DNA of 64,000 nt from Candidatus Latescibacterota bacterium (GCA_965116885.1 OZ220741.1:640001-704000), one strand, 5' to 3'; positions 46,448 through 57,519 are shown, numbered from the stretch's first letter. Program-made: numbers and translations. Notes: a model not told the origin generated them from the sequence alone.

Positions 46448-49400
46448 TTAGAACGAGAATCGCAAACCAAATGTGATGTCTCGACGGTCCAGATAGACGA
46501 TATAGGGACGGCGCGTTTCCTGGAAATTGTCCAGATCGACATCGGAACCCGGACGGCTACCTTCCTGGAGTTTGCCGCTGGCATCAACAGTCCACCCGAG
46601 CCGCTCCATATACGCGTCGGCTTTGGCATCGTCATTTGTGCCTGGATAGTCCCAGACCTCGCCATCGTAGTCGCGCAAATTGTTGAAGTTCTTGAAATTG
46701 AAAATATTGTGAATTTCCAAATACAACAGCGGCGCGCCCGTGGTATCAAAGGCTTTTGAAATCCGCAGATCTGCCATGTTGCTATCTGTCCACTGCACAT
46801 TCAGCACATTCTGCAGCGCAGCGTCATTGGTCGGATTGTGATTCATCCACCAACCGCCTTGTCGGCGGTAGAACAAATTGGCTTCCCAACCGCCCTTCAA
46901 CATGCGCTGTTCGGCGCCGTAATCCAGCGGCGTGCGGAAGTTCAAACCCAACTTCCAGATTGGACGCGGCTTAAATTGTGGATTGGCGGCATTGGCACTA
47001 CCTTCGATAATCAGGCGAGAAGGCGTCGATACCGTGTTCTGATCGTAGATGCGATCCCACCCAATCCGCTTGCTGCGCTCCTGGCGGTAATCATAAGAAA
47101 TGAAACCCGTAAAGAACTGACCGCGCGATTTCTTAAACGCAAGCTCATAACCGCGCACATCCTTGATCCGTCCCTGCGTTGTCCACCGCGTGCGCCTGCC
47201 AGTACTGTTTTCGGGATAATAACTCGTGCTTGGCTCGAGTTCTTTGTCGATATCCTTAAAATACACCGTACCCGAAGCCAGATATACACCTTCAAAACTC
47301 TTCTCAAAACCAAGCTCATAAGCGATGGTCTGTGGCATTTCTACCCAGGGATTCCCAAAGTTCTCCAGCGGCTCACCTGCACCGGATTGCGCGCGGTAGA
47401 GTTCCACTGTCGTCGGCACCTGATAGAAGTGACCGTAGTTAAAAAAGAGCTTGGAAGTCGCTGTCGTCGGATGAGACACGCCAAACCGCGGACTCCACTC
47501 CCACTGGGTTGGCGCGCGAACCGAGCGTCGATTTGAATACAACAATTCAGCATTTGAACCCAGATATTCATGATGCGGCTGTCCTACCAGATCAAACCAC
47601 TTGTCCGGACGGTGAAAATCCAGCCTCAGCCCCGCATTCACCACGATCTGGCGATACTCCATACGGTCTTGCACGAAGAAACCGCCATACCACGGCGTCT
47701 TCACCCAATAATTGTGCAAGTTGGCTGTTTGCGTCGCCACGATATCTGCCGGATTGTCGCTTTCCCAACCTTCGGGGCGGTCTGGTAGCGTGGAGGTATA
47801 ACCGCGATATTCACGCAGAAAGAATGTATGCGCCTGAATACCGGCTTTGACCTGGTGATGTGGCGTCATCTGACTGGTAATATCAAAAGTTATATCCGTC
47901 TCTTTGATATAAGACCAGTCCGCTGAACGGCTGGCACCGCCTCCACCGCGCAAACGGTAAATACCCAGAATATCGACGCGGCGGTTGGCATAGTTCCAAC
48001 CCACAGGCGCTTCATCCAGAATCACAGCACCTGCTGATTGCGCGGATGCAACGCCGGATTCGGTAATTTCTTCAACCCGACCATCGGGATAAACCGCTGC
48101 TGCGGGAATACCCACGGCTTGAGGTTTCTGCCATGTGGCTTCCCAATCCGTTCTGCCATAACGCGCAGTAAGATTGTAAAATGTCTTGGGCGACAATGTA
48201 TGCGACCAGTTCAGAGTATAATAATTGCGGTCAATGGTCTCTTGATTGGCTTGAGACCCCGGCGCAAACATCTGAACATCGTCGAAACGGCGCGAAGCTT
48301 CCACCTGTGACCTGACAAAGGTCCCCGTAAAGTCGCCAGTTTTTGTACCATCTGCCCAACCGCGCAAATACCCCAGCGATAGTTTTGTCGTGGCTGTTGG
48401 CGTAAACGTCAATTTGGCCTGTGCCAGGTTGTCGCGATACGACGTTTTGGACAAATCGTAAGTATATGCCGTGCGCTCGCGCTGATTGGTCAGCATCACC
48501 GACAATTTATCCTTGATCACCGGTGTACCAACCGTCACATCGTAGAGATAATCGGATTCGCGATCGGCGGGATTGGCATTAAAACCATTATTCCCTTCCA
48601 ATTCAAAATTGCGATGCTGCCATGCCCATATCCCTTTGGCCTGAGCAACCGTCGTAATCGGAAGATCGAAAATCCCCGCAGTCCATTCGCCTGCCGGACC
48701 ACCGCGATCATTGAACTCCTGCGTCCACCCCTTAAAATCAGGTACACCATCGCCATTGCGATCTGCTGTGGGACCATCGCTCTCAAAGCGACCGATATCC
48801 CACCAGTTGTCCGAGCTATATACGTCGGGACCAAAGTGCTTGCGACCAGCGGGATTGTAACGCGCATCTGCACTGATTGTAAACTGACGAGGCTCGCGGG
48901 TCACAATATTCACAACGCCACTGCGCGCATCGCCATATTCAGCACTGAAGCCACCCGTCAAAATCTGAACTTCTGCCAGATTTGTTTTGCTAAAAGAAGA
49001 ATACGGACGGTTATTGCGGTTGTCTTTCATACCCACACCGTCCATTGTGTACAACATCTCTTCTTCACTGGCACCGCGAATGGTCAAACCCCAGTCATCG
49101 CTATCCACACCTACCTGTGTGGCAAACGCATCGCGCAGACGGGGACCCGTTGGTGCTTCGCGGACTTCACTTGCCTTCATAATCGTCTGAGCGTAAGAAA
49201 CTTCCAATTCAACGGGCGGACGCTCCGCCACCACCGTAATCTCACTCAATTCAACTGTCGATTCTGTCAGAGAAAAATTCACAGGCGAGGTGCGATCAAT
49301 ACTCACCACCACATCCGTCTTACTCACCGTGTGATATCCCACAAGTGATGCCTGAACTTCGTACACGCCAGGCAAAACCTGAATAATGAAGTAATCGCCA

Positions 49401-49591
49401 TTGACATCTGCTGTGGCGCCCATTCTGGTGCCAACAAGAACTACGTTAGCACCTGGTAAGGGATCACCCCCAGCATCTGTAATGCGACCCGAAACTTTAC
49501 CCGTGGTGGTCTGTGCATCGGCCTGATACGCCAGCCCAAACCCCAGAGCAATAGCAAGCAAGGCTATAAACCCAGCTCTCAAACGGTACAT
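46448..49591 (-). CDS. TonB-dependent receptor with N-terminal carboxypeptidase-regulatory-like domain
   Basis: TTGKVSGRITD, PLPGANV, IRG, TGGFSAEYGDARSGVVNIVT, SPRFGVSHP, TIAYELG, C-terminal GLRFSF. Confidence 0.9.
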   Translation of the reverse strand: MYRLRAGFIALLAIALGFGLAYQADAQTTTGKVSGRITDAGGDPLPGANVVLVGTRMGATADVNGDYFIIQVLPGVYEVQASLVGYHTVSKTDVVVSIDRTSPVNFSLTESTVELSEITVVAERPPVELEVSYAQTIMKASEVREAPTGPRLRDAFATQVGVDSDDWGLTIRGASEEEMLYTMDGVGMKDNRNNRPYSSFSKTNLAEVQILTGGFSAEYGDARSGVVNIVTREPRQFTISADARYNPAGRKHFGPDVYSSDNWWDIGRFESDGPTADRNGDGVPDFKGWTQEFNDRGGPAGEWTAGIFDLPITTVAQAKGIWAWQHRNFELEGNNGFNANPADRESDYLYDVTVGTPVIKDKLSVMLTNQRERTAYTYDLSKTSYRDNLAQAKLTFTPTATTKLSLGYLRGWADGTKTGDFTGTFVRSQVEASRRFDDVQMFAPGSQANQETIDRNYYTLNWSHTLSPKTFYNLTARYGRTDWEATWQKPQAVGIPAAAVYPDGRVEEITESGVASAQSAGAVILDEAPVGWNYANRRVDILGIYRLRGGGGASRSADWSYIKETDITFDITSQMTPHHQVKAGIQAHTFFLREYRGYTSTLPDRPEGWESDNPADIVATQTANLHNYWVKTPWYGGFFVQDRMEYRQIVVNAGLRLDFHRPDKWFDLVGQPHHEYLGSNAELLYSNRRSVRAPTQWEWSPRFGVSHPTTATSKLFFNYGHFYQVPTTVELYRAQSGAGEPLENFGNPWVEMPQTIAYELGFEKSFEGVYLASGTVYFKDIDKELEPSTSYYPENSTGRRTRWTTQGRIKDVRGYELAFKKSRGQFFTGFISYDYRQERSKRIGWDRIYDQNTVSTPSRLIIEGSANAANPQFKPRPIWKLGLNFRTPLDYGAEQRMLKGGWEANLFYRRQGGWWMNHNPTNDAALQNVLNVQWTDSNMADLRISKAFDTTGAPLLYLEIHNIFNFKNFNNLRDYDGEVWDYPGTNDDAKADAYMERLGWTVDASGKLQEGSRPGSDVDLDNFQETRRPYIVYLDRRDITFGLRFSF

Positions 49592-49973
49592 AAACTCCTC
49601 CTTTGGTTTCTTTCCCCGGCTTTGGGAAAGATATAGAGAAAAGCCACCCGGCTCATCCCGCGAAACTTCTCCTGTGTAAAGAGAAAACTACACACTACAA
49701 CTGCAAAATATTATCTGATCAGCCCTTAACATCACCTCCTTCTTAAACCCCTCCCTGTGATTGCAAAAGCGGGCTTTAACACCCCACCTCCTTTCGGTCT
49801 GTGATGTTAATTCTCATTGATAAACGTCTAAATAATTTCCGATAATTCTTCCACTGCTCAATTTAATATGCACCTCAAAACCTGTCAAGTACTATGAACC
49901 AAATTATGCGACATATAGGCGAGTATTCATAACACATTGTTTTTTTAGATTTTGAAATACTATTACATTTCTT

Positions 49974-52900
49974 TTATTTTCCAATAAAAAATATCACATC
50001 CTTACTCACCTTCATACCCGTATTCAAATCCGTTACCGTCACCTCCATCTCATAGTGTCCCGATTCTGACCCACTCACATCGATCTCCAAATAATTGTAC
50101 TCTATTTCCCGCGCCCCCACCTGCTCATAAGAAATCGTCACCTCTTTCTTCTCCTCAATACCCAACAATGTTCCAACCGCACGCAAAATCGTCACGATCA
50201 GGGGCTTGCCCTTGCGGGGTGAAATTTTGTAATCCATCTGGTAGCGCGTCTGACCAAAATCACCGGATGTCAGCCCATAGACCTCGTAATAAATCGTCAC
50301 GGGTTGTCCCGGCACATAGGTTTTGGATGGCATAGGCACCACCTTATGCCCGCCTTTGACCTTCACCGCAGCATCCTCCACTACCGATCCGGCCATCTCT
50401 ATATCGCTCAATCCCAACTCACCGCCCTCATAAGCCTCCACCTCCACCTCGCGCGTATAAGCCCCCATCGCATTGCGAGCGCGATCATGCACTTCCACGC
50501 CCAAATAATATTTGCCCGGCGGCACATTGAGCGCCAACTCATCAATCAACAGTGTTCCACCACCCACCTCAGCATCATCTGACACGGCAAAAGGCAACCC
50601 GGCGACCTTCCGAAAAACCGGTGTCCACGTACTGTCAAACAGCGCAATACCCCGTTCGACACGACCTTCGGTTCGCCCCGAATCAATCAGAGCACTTAGA
50701 GGCACACCGTAATAGACCTCTAACCGGCTGCGCGGACTCTCCCCGCGAAAATCTATCGCATCAAAATGAAATCCTAAATCATCTGTTACGGGCCGATAAA
50801 TTTCAGATTGTTGCCGCACCGCCCGCGCCATCACCCGATCGGGCCTTTTTGCCGTCCACTGGCTCTGATTAAAAGTTGACAGCACGCGCCCCTGCGGCAT
50901 ATCGGGAAAATCGAACCCGCCGCGGGAATCCAACGCCGTAAACACAACCTCAATACCACCTGCCACATCGGGATAAATCCAGTACTCCCAATTCGAACCC
51001 CCATCAATCGGAAAAATGGGAAAACCCCGAATATTGGTCATACCCGCATCGCGATCGCGGTGCGAATCCTGAACATCGTCATAATAGTTTCCATCATTGC
51101 GATCGGCACCGCCGCCAAAAAACGTGCGATTGGGATTCAACTCGTAATCAATAGACTCAAAATCTGAAACAATCAAATCCCCTGCATCTTCACCCTGATA
51201 TTGCACATCTCGCGTCGATGTCCGCAACCTGCCCATCCGCGCGATAATCTCCTTATGCGCCTCGGGCGTCAGACCCATCCACAATCGCTCCTTAACCCGC
51301 ACGACATTGGGATCCATCTCATAGCGCACATCGCCTGCGCGACTCTTGTGGGCTGGTTCGCCATAGCGAATATAAATCTCTCCGCGCTTGTCCCAGGGCT
51401 TTTGTCCGGACGAAAAATGCTGCATCGCATACAACACCCGACGATAGTGCTCCACCAGACGCTCATTGCTCGGCGTGGCTGGCGTGGGATCGCGGCGCTG
51501 CCAGAACATCCGCACAAAGTCCGGCTGCTGTTCGGGCGGCAATGCCTCGTAAGCAGCGGTCTCTTTCAGCGTCGCCAACAAGCGAATATCTTGCAAAAGT
51601 CCACGCGTGTGTTCATCTACCGTACGTAAATACTCCGCCATCACCTTCTGGGCTTCTCCTGTCTGTCCCATCAGTTGATACACGCCCAACAGCAAGGGAA
51701 GACATTCCGCACGCAATTCGGGACGCGTATCCATCAACTCGCGCCACACCCGCGTCGCCCGTACGCGTTGTCCCTGCTTCAACCATATCCGCCCCAAATC
51801 GAACCGCGCCCGTGCGTACATCGGATTTATCACAGTTTGTCGGGTATAAGCTTTCTCGGCAGATTCGACCTTGCCCTCGCGTTCAAACACTCGCCCGAGC
51901 AAATACAGCAACTCGGGGTGATGTGGATACGCTTCAATCGCCTCTTTCAAGGCATCTTCTGCCCGCTGCTTCCCCCCCAGCAAACGGGCAAGCGCGCGGT
52001 TGGCCTGCGCGGTTTTCCAATTGGGGCGAAGAGCCAAAGCCTGATCAAAAGCCACCACGGCCTCGTCCCACCGCTTGCGTCCGATATGGGATATCCCCAC
52101 ACCATTGTACACTTCGGGCAACACCCCACCCACATTCAACGCCGAGTTAAACGTCTGTTCTGAGTATGGTAAATTGCTCGCAAACAAATAGGCATATCCC
52201 TGCGCGGATCGCCCCATCAAATCGTTTCCATCTTCATCGAGAAGCACCTCAAGAACCTCCAGAGCCGCCCGCGCCATTGCCGTATCCGGCAGCACCTGTC
52301 GGGCCGCATAGCGCGGATCGATATGCCTTGCCATTTCCTTGCGCCTGCCCAGGGCTGTGATTATCGCCCCATCCAGGTCAGGAGGCACACCAAAACCGAG
52401 TAGCGGATTGTAATACGATCGCGCCACAATCGGATTGCGGTCCATCCAGAACCCGTAGAGAAACGCCGCGCGGTCTGCGCGTCCCAGACCAGTATAAGTG
52501 GCTTCAACCTCGGATCCCCCAAACCGCTTTAACAAATGCTGTGCTGTTTTTGCTCGCCGATCATCAAAACCCGAAGCCGGAACAAGCGTCTCACCCATCA
52601 CCTCAAATTTTCGAGCCGATACGAGTGTATCCCGCCCGGCTGTCACCTGAACCCGCAACGTATATGTCCCCGGTAGCAGTCCATGAGTGGGAATGCCCTC
52701 GGCGAATTTGACTTCACCCCGATACCCGGGAAATGACCGCTGATCGCGCCAGAGGCGATGCCCGTATCGGTCTTCTATCTGCATCTCGACCCGGTGGCTC
52801 TGATAGCCCAGATAATACACCTCAAAATACAGATAGAGCGAATTCCCCCGCCGATATTGCCGCGCCGGATTGGGCAGTATCAAGCGCCCGTCTTTTCGGA

Positions 52901-53438
52901 ACATCTCAAGGCTCTCCCCAGCCCCCTGCGGATTAAATCCGGAAGACAGGTACAGATCGCTCATGCCTATTTTTCCGGGATCGTAAGCGGGCACATCGAG
53001 AGAAAATACCGCCAATCCCGCCCGATCGGCCTGCAAGTCACTCAAGGTCAGTTCCCCGCGATAGCGACCTGTGGGCAGGCGCACCTGCACCATGTCAAAT
53101 ACCATGCGGTCTGTATCGACAGTAGCGTTCAGCGATTCGGCTGTCAGCCTGCTTTCCGCCTCCACCTGTTGCACAACCTCTCCGGCATCGTTCAAGACCC
53201 GCAGCGAAGGCCTGTACCGCGCGAGATAAATCCCCGAATCTTGCCTCAAAAATGCAAATTGTGCCACGGGAAATCTCAGGGTAACTTCTTCAAATCCCTC
53301 GCGGCCCCGATATCGAAAACTACACACATCGATCTCAAAAGCTATGGATCCTTCTCCGCGCGGTGGCAGGTCCATCTCGCTGGCGTGTATATCAAAAACT
53401 GCGATCATAAAACTCAAAAATACCGTCGCGATACGCAT
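49974..53438 (-). CDS. GWxTD-domain and TPR-containing exported protein (paralog of 40232-42958)
   Basis: FWQRRDPTPATPSNERLVEHYRRV...PWDKRGEIYIRYGEP; TPRs; LSDIEMA/YYEVYGL domain. Confidence 0.8.
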   Translation of the reverse strand: MRIATVFLSFMIAVFDIHASEMDLPPRGEGSIAFEIDVCSFRYRGREGFEEVTLRFPVAQFAFLRQDSGIYLARYRPSLRVLNDAGEVVQQVEAESRLTAESLNATVDTDRMVFDMVQVRLPTGRYRGELTLSDLQADRAGLAVFSLDVPAYDPGKIGMSDLYLSSGFNPQGAGESLEMFRKDGRLILPNPARQYRRGNSLYLYFEVYYLGYQSHRVEMQIEDRYGHRLWRDQRSFPGYRGEVKFAEGIPTHGLLPGTYTLRVQVTAGRDTLVSARKFEVMGETLVPASGFDDRRAKTAQHLLKRFGGSEVEATYTGLGRADRAAFLYGFWMDRNPIVARSYYNPLLGFGVPPDLDGAIITALGRRKEMARHIDPRYAARQVLPDTAMARAALEVLEVLLDEDGNDLMGRSAQGYAYLFASNLPYSEQTFNSALNVGGVLPEVYNGVGISHIGRKRWDEAVVAFDQALALRPNWKTAQANRALARLLGGKQRAEDALKEAIEAYPHHPELLYLLGRVFEREGKVESAEKAYTRQTVINPMYARARFDLGRIWLKQGQRVRATRVWRELMDTRPELRAECLPLLLGVYQLMGQTGEAQKVMAEYLRTVDEHTRGLLQDIRLLATLKETAAYEALPPEQQPDFVRMFWQRRDPTPATPSNERLVEHYRRVLYAMQHFSSGQKPWDKRGEIYIRYGEPAHKSRAGDVRYEMDPNVVRVKERLWMGLTPEAHKEIIARMGRLRTSTRDVQYQGEDAGDLIVSDFESIDYELNPNRTFFGGGADRNDGNYYDDVQDSHRDRDAGMTNIRGFPIFPIDGGSNWEYWIYPDVAGGIEVVFTALDSRGGFDFPDMPQGRVLSTFNQSQWTAKRPDRVMARAVRQQSEIYRPVTDDLGFHFDAIDFRGESPRSRLEVYYGVPLSALIDSGRTEGRVERGIALFDSTWTPVFRKVAGLPFAVSDDAEVGGGTLLIDELALNVPPGKYYLGVEVHDRARNAMGAYTREVEVEAYEGGELGLSDIEMAGSVVEDAAVKVKGGHKVVPMPSKTYVPGQPVTIYYEVYGLTSGDFGQTRYQMDYKISPRKGKPLIVTILRAVGTLLGIEEKKEVTISYEQVGAREIEYNYLEIDVSGSESGHYEMEVTVTDLNTGMKVSKDVIFFIGK

Positions 53439-53716
53439 AATAATTTCCTTTTTTTAAAAAACAGTCTCTATCTCAAGTAAAACGCTTCCAAGAAGGTATA
53501 GGTCCCAAAAATTTACTCTAAAAATAGTACATAATCAAAATTCAATTAAAAAAATAAATAATTATGTCCTGCGGCTTCGGCGTTTCGGTCACCTGGTTTC
53601 ATGAATCTAAAGCACCCAGATAAGCGTGTAATGTTCTTAGACTCCGTATAATTTTTCTTGTCACAGACCACAATTTTCGTTATTTATATATTTCAATTCA
53701 TAATCATCATTAAAAG

Positions 53717-53750
53717 TGTAAATAAATGTAAATAATGTAAATAAATGTAA
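53717..53750. promoter_or_regulatory. four phased TGTAA(ATAAA) direct repeats upstream of the DUF1552 gene
   Basis: TGTAAATAAA TGTAAATAA TGTAAATAAA TGTAA, 9-10 bp period, ending about 30 bp before the ATG. Confidence 0.5.
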
Positions 53751-53779
53751 CTACAAATCGCAAAAAAAAGGAGCCACTC

Positions 53780-55051
53780 ATGAAACCACTGAATCGGCGT
53801 ACATTTCTCAGAAGTGCAGGTGTTTGTCTGGCCTTGCCGTTTTTAGACGCCATGATCCCCGTGGGGCGGGCTGCGAGTCAGGCATTTGCGGTTGCCCGCG
53901 CACAGGCAGCAAAGCGGCTGGTGTGTATTGGCAACCCCTTTGGAATGATCCCCGAGCGATTTTTCCCAACGGGAAGCGGCGCAAATTACACACTCCCCGC
54001 ACTCCTGCAACCACTATCAGCGCATCAACGAGATTTTACGATCTTTTCCAACCTCGACCACGGCGTAACCGGCGGACATCGCACCGCGCATACATTCTTG
54101 AGCGGCATCCGCATCAAAGACGCCAAAATGATGCCCGAAGGCAACATCAGCATCGATCAAAAAGCCGCGGAATTTGTCGGCGTCAACACGCGGTTCCCCT
54201 CGTTAAACGTAAGCATCAATGGTCACTGCGAAATGGTCTGGACGCGCACGGGCGTGCGGGTACCCCCAATTAACAATCCCCAAAAAGTATTCCAGGCACT
54301 CTTTGTAGATACCACAGCACAGGAAAAAGAGCAACGTGCAATCGCACTCGAGCAGCACGGCAGCATCTTAGACGCCGTAATGGGCGAAGCGCGATCCTTT
54401 GAGCGCAAACTGGGACAAAGAGACCGGGAAAAACTGGAAGAATATCTGACCTCTGTGCGCACAGTCGAGAAAAAGCTGGGCATGTCCAAAGCGTGGCTGG
54501 ACAAACCCAAACCCCAGGTCAATATGGCAATGCCGGAAAACGGTCCCTTTGTCGAAACCCTGCCCTTGATGTACGACCTCATTGCCCTATCACTGCAAAC
54601 GGACTCCACGCGGATCGCAACTCTGGAAGTGGGCCAGGGGATCAAAACCACGGACCTGGGCTTGAACACGAATTACCACAAATACTCGCACCACGGCAAA
54701 TTGCCCGAACTGATGGAAGGCCTGACAGTCATCGAAAAATATCAGATGAAACACCTGGGCCTGTTCTTCGACAAACTCAAAGCCATTGAAGACCCCGCGG
54801 GGGGAACCCTGTTTGACCACACCATGGTATTATCCGGCAGTGGCATGGGCAACGGCAGTTCGCACTCCAACAAAAACCTGCCCATCTTGCTCGCGGGTGG
54901 CGGGTTCAATCACGGACAGCACATGGTATTTCCAGAAGCAAAGCCCCAGCGCGTACCCCTGAGCAATTTGTACCTATCGATGTTGCAAAATTTTGGCCTG
55001 GAAATCGATCACTTTGGCCAGAGCACCGGCACGCTAAAAGGATTTGAATAA
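53780..55051 (+). CDS. DUF1552 (HxxSHH) family protein
   Basis: NRRTFLR...LALPFLDAM, ISIDQ, SILDAV, TDSTRIAT, YHKYSHH, NLPILLAGG. Confidence 0.88.
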   Translation: MKPLNRRTFLRSAGVCLALPFLDAMIPVGRAASQAFAVARAQAAKRLVCIGNPFGMIPERFFPTGSGANYTLPALLQPLSAHQRDFTIFSNLDHGVTGGHRTAHTFLSGIRIKDAKMMPEGNISIDQKAAEFVGVNTRFPSLNVSINGHCEMVWTRTGVRVPPINNPQKVFQALFVDTTAQEKEQRAIALEQHGSILDAVMGEARSFERKLGQRDREKLEEYLTSVRTVEKKLGMSKAWLDKPKPQVNMAMPENGPFVETLPLMYDLIALSLQTDSTRIATLEVGQGIKTTDLGLNTNYHKYSHHGKLPELMEGLTVIEKYQMKHLGLFFDKLKAIEDPAGGTLFDHTMVLSGSGMGNGSSHSNKNLPILLAGGGFNHGQHMVFPEAKPQRVPLSNLYLSMLQNFGLEIDHFGQSTGTLKGFE

Positions 55052-55053
55052 AA

Positions 55054-57519
55054 ATGAAAAAATGCGTTCTATTCCTCCTGATAGGCCTCTTGTCGTCAGC
55101 GACTGCCCGGGCAGAAGGGGATGCGACATACAAAAACACCGTGCGGACGTTTCTGGCGCAGCGGTGTCAACATTGCCACGGCGCAGAGCTTCAAAAAGCA
55201 GACCTGCGGTTTGACACCCTCACATTGGATTTTCACAATGAAGATGTCTTGCTAACCTGGCAAAACATCGCCGACATGTTAAACCTCGGCTTAATGCCGC
55301 CTTATGAAGAGCCGCAGCCCGAACTGGCGGAAATGAAGCCCGTAATTGACTGGATCACCGCCTCGCTAAAAGCGCATCACGAAGCCGAAGAAAGCACGGG
55401 TGGACAAACGGTCTTGCGCCGCTTGAATCGGAATGAATACCGCAACACTATTCGGGACCTATTGCATCTGGACATGACCATGTTCGACCCCACAGATGCA
55501 TTTCCCCAGGATGATGAAGAACACGGATTTGACAACATCGGCAAAACCCTCGTCATGTCGGATTTCCTGGTCGAAAAATATCTCGACGCAGCCGATCAAA
55601 TCGTAGAACGCGCCGTATTGCCCGCCCCCCAGCCAGAAGTAAAAACATACGAATTCACCTTTCCCATCATGCGCGGAGGCGGTGGATTTTTGACACCTGC
55701 AAGCCGCCGCTTGAAACAGGGATACGACGAGCTATTCCGCCGCCCCGACGACCGATGGGGATACATGTCCATCGACAGATTCCGAAAAGGCGTACCGCAT
55801 TCGGGCATGTACCGCGTTCGCATTCGCGCATCTGCACACAACCAGCAACACCCCTATGACAAAGCACTGCGAACAGACGAAAATGAACCCATGCGCCTGG
55901 GCATTGTCGCCGCATCCGGGCGTTATGGCGACTTGCGGCAGAGCAACACATCGGATGTATCATTGGCCGAATTTGAAATGATCGCAGACGGACAACCGCG
56001 CGATTACGAACGCAAAATCTGGCTGGATGAGTCCTATATGCCGCGCGTCACCTATCCAAACGGCCCCATCACACTTTATTGGCGAAGTCTTCTGAGACGA
56101 TATCACCCCCAACTCTACGACAAAACGGACCGGCGCAAACTATCTCAACGAGAAGATCAAGAACTCGTACGCCGGCAAACCGAAGTCACCGTCATGAACT
56201 ATCTGGGACCGAGCATTCGCATATACAAAGTCGAAATCGAAGGACCCCTTTACGAACAGTGGCCCCCGCCTTCGCACACGAGCATATTTGGCAAGCGCGA
56301 CCCCGACAAAGTTAAACCGCGCGATATCCTGACCCGCTTTGCCACGCGCGCGTATCGCCGCCCGGTCAAACACAGTGAAATCGCGCACATCCTGCAACTG
56401 GTCGAGCAACACGAAAAAGCCAGCGCCTCGCGCATTCAGGCCATCAAAATGGGCTTAAAAGCCATCTTGTGTTCGCCCAATTTCCTCTATCTCTACGAAA
56501 ACGAAGGCCAATTGGACGACTACGCCCTCGCGTCCAAGCTATCGTATTTTCTCTGGTCATCCCTGCCCGATGAGGAATTGATTGCGCAGGCAAAAAAGAA
56601 GCGATTGCACAAACCGGACGTCTTGCGCGCGCAAATTAATCGCATGTTACAAGACGAGAAGGCACAGGCATTTGTAGAGAACTTCACAGAACGCTGGTTG
56701 GCCCTGTACAAAATTGGCGAAATGCCGCCCGACCCGCGCAATTTCCGCCTGTACTATCAGGCGCATCTCGAAGACGCGATCAAAAAAGAAACCCACGCCT
56801 TTTTTGATCACATCCTCGACGAAAACATGAGCATCGCGCACTTCATCGACTCGGACTTCACCTTCGTCAACCGCGACCTGAGCTTGTTATACCGCATACA
56901 AGGGGTAGAGGGCCGAGAATTTCGCAAAGTAAAACTCAACGCCCCCCAACGCGGCGGCCTATTGGGACACGCCAGCGTATTGACGGCAACATCCAACGGG
57001 ATCGAAACATCGCCCGTGGTGCGCGGGGTATGGGTATTAGAAAATCTATTGGGCATAACACCCCCGCCCCCACTGCCCGATATCGAACCACTCGAACCCG
57101 ACATTCGGGGATCGACGACCATTCGCCAGCAACTGGCAAAACACCGCAATATCGCAACCTGTAACGAATGCCATCGCCACATCGATCCATTGGGCTTTGC
57201 ACTGGAAAATTACAATCCCATAGGCGCGTGGCGATATGGTTACGGTCCCAAGAAACCAAAAATAGATGCATCGGATGTCATGGCAGATGGCAGCAAATTC
57301 GACGACCTTGTGGGCTTTAAAAAGATCCTCATGGGAAAGAAAGATCAATTTGCCCGCTGCCTGACCGAAAAGATGCTCACCTACGCGACTGGACGCACAT
57401 TGGAAGCCACCGACCGACCCGAAGTGGATCGCATCGTACACAACTTAAAAGCACAGGGTTATGGCTTGAAAGACCTGGTCATGCTCGTAGCGACGAGTGA
57501 GCCATTCTTGACCAAATAA
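55054..57519 (+). CDS. planctomycete-type cytochrome c / DUF1592-DUF1588 family protein
   Basis: CQHCH, LRRLNRNEYRNTIRDLL, GFDN, LASKLSYFLWSSLPD, TSPVVRGVW, CNECH, IDPLGFALENY. Confidence 0.88.
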   Translation: MKKCVLFLLIGLLSSATARAEGDATYKNTVRTFLAQRCQHCHGAELQKADLRFDTLTLDFHNEDVLLTWQNIADMLNLGLMPPYEEPQPELAEMKPVIDWITASLKAHHEAEESTGGQTVLRRLNRNEYRNTIRDLLHLDMTMFDPTDAFPQDDEEHGFDNIGKTLVMSDFLVEKYLDAADQIVERAVLPAPQPEVKTYEFTFPIMRGGGGFLTPASRRLKQGYDELFRRPDDRWGYMSIDRFRKGVPHSGMYRVRIRASAHNQQHPYDKALRTDENEPMRLGIVAASGRYGDLRQSNTSDVSLAEFEMIADGQPRDYERKIWLDESYMPRVTYPNGPITLYWRSLLRRYHPQLYDKTDRRKLSQREDQELVRRQTEVTVMNYLGPSIRIYKVEIEGPLYEQWPPPSHTSIFGKRDPDKVKPRDILTRFATRAYRRPVKHSEIAHILQLVEQHEKASASRIQAIKMGLKAILCSPNFLYLYENEGQLDDYALASKLSYFLWSSLPDEELIAQAKKKRLHKPDVLRAQINRMLQDEKAQAFVENFTERWLALYKIGEMPPDPRNFRLYYQAHLEDAIKKETHAFFDHILDENMSIAHFIDSDFTFVNRDLSLLYRIQGVEGREFRKVKLNAPQRGGLLGHASVLTATSNGIETSPVVRGVWVLENLLGITPPPPLPDIEPLEPDIRGSTTIRQQLAKHRNIATCNECHRHIDPLGFALENYNPIGAWRYGYGPKKPKIDASDVMADGSKFDDLVGFKKILMGKKDQFARCLTEKMLTYATGRTLEATDRPEVDRIVHNLKAQGYGLKDLVMLVATSEPFLTK

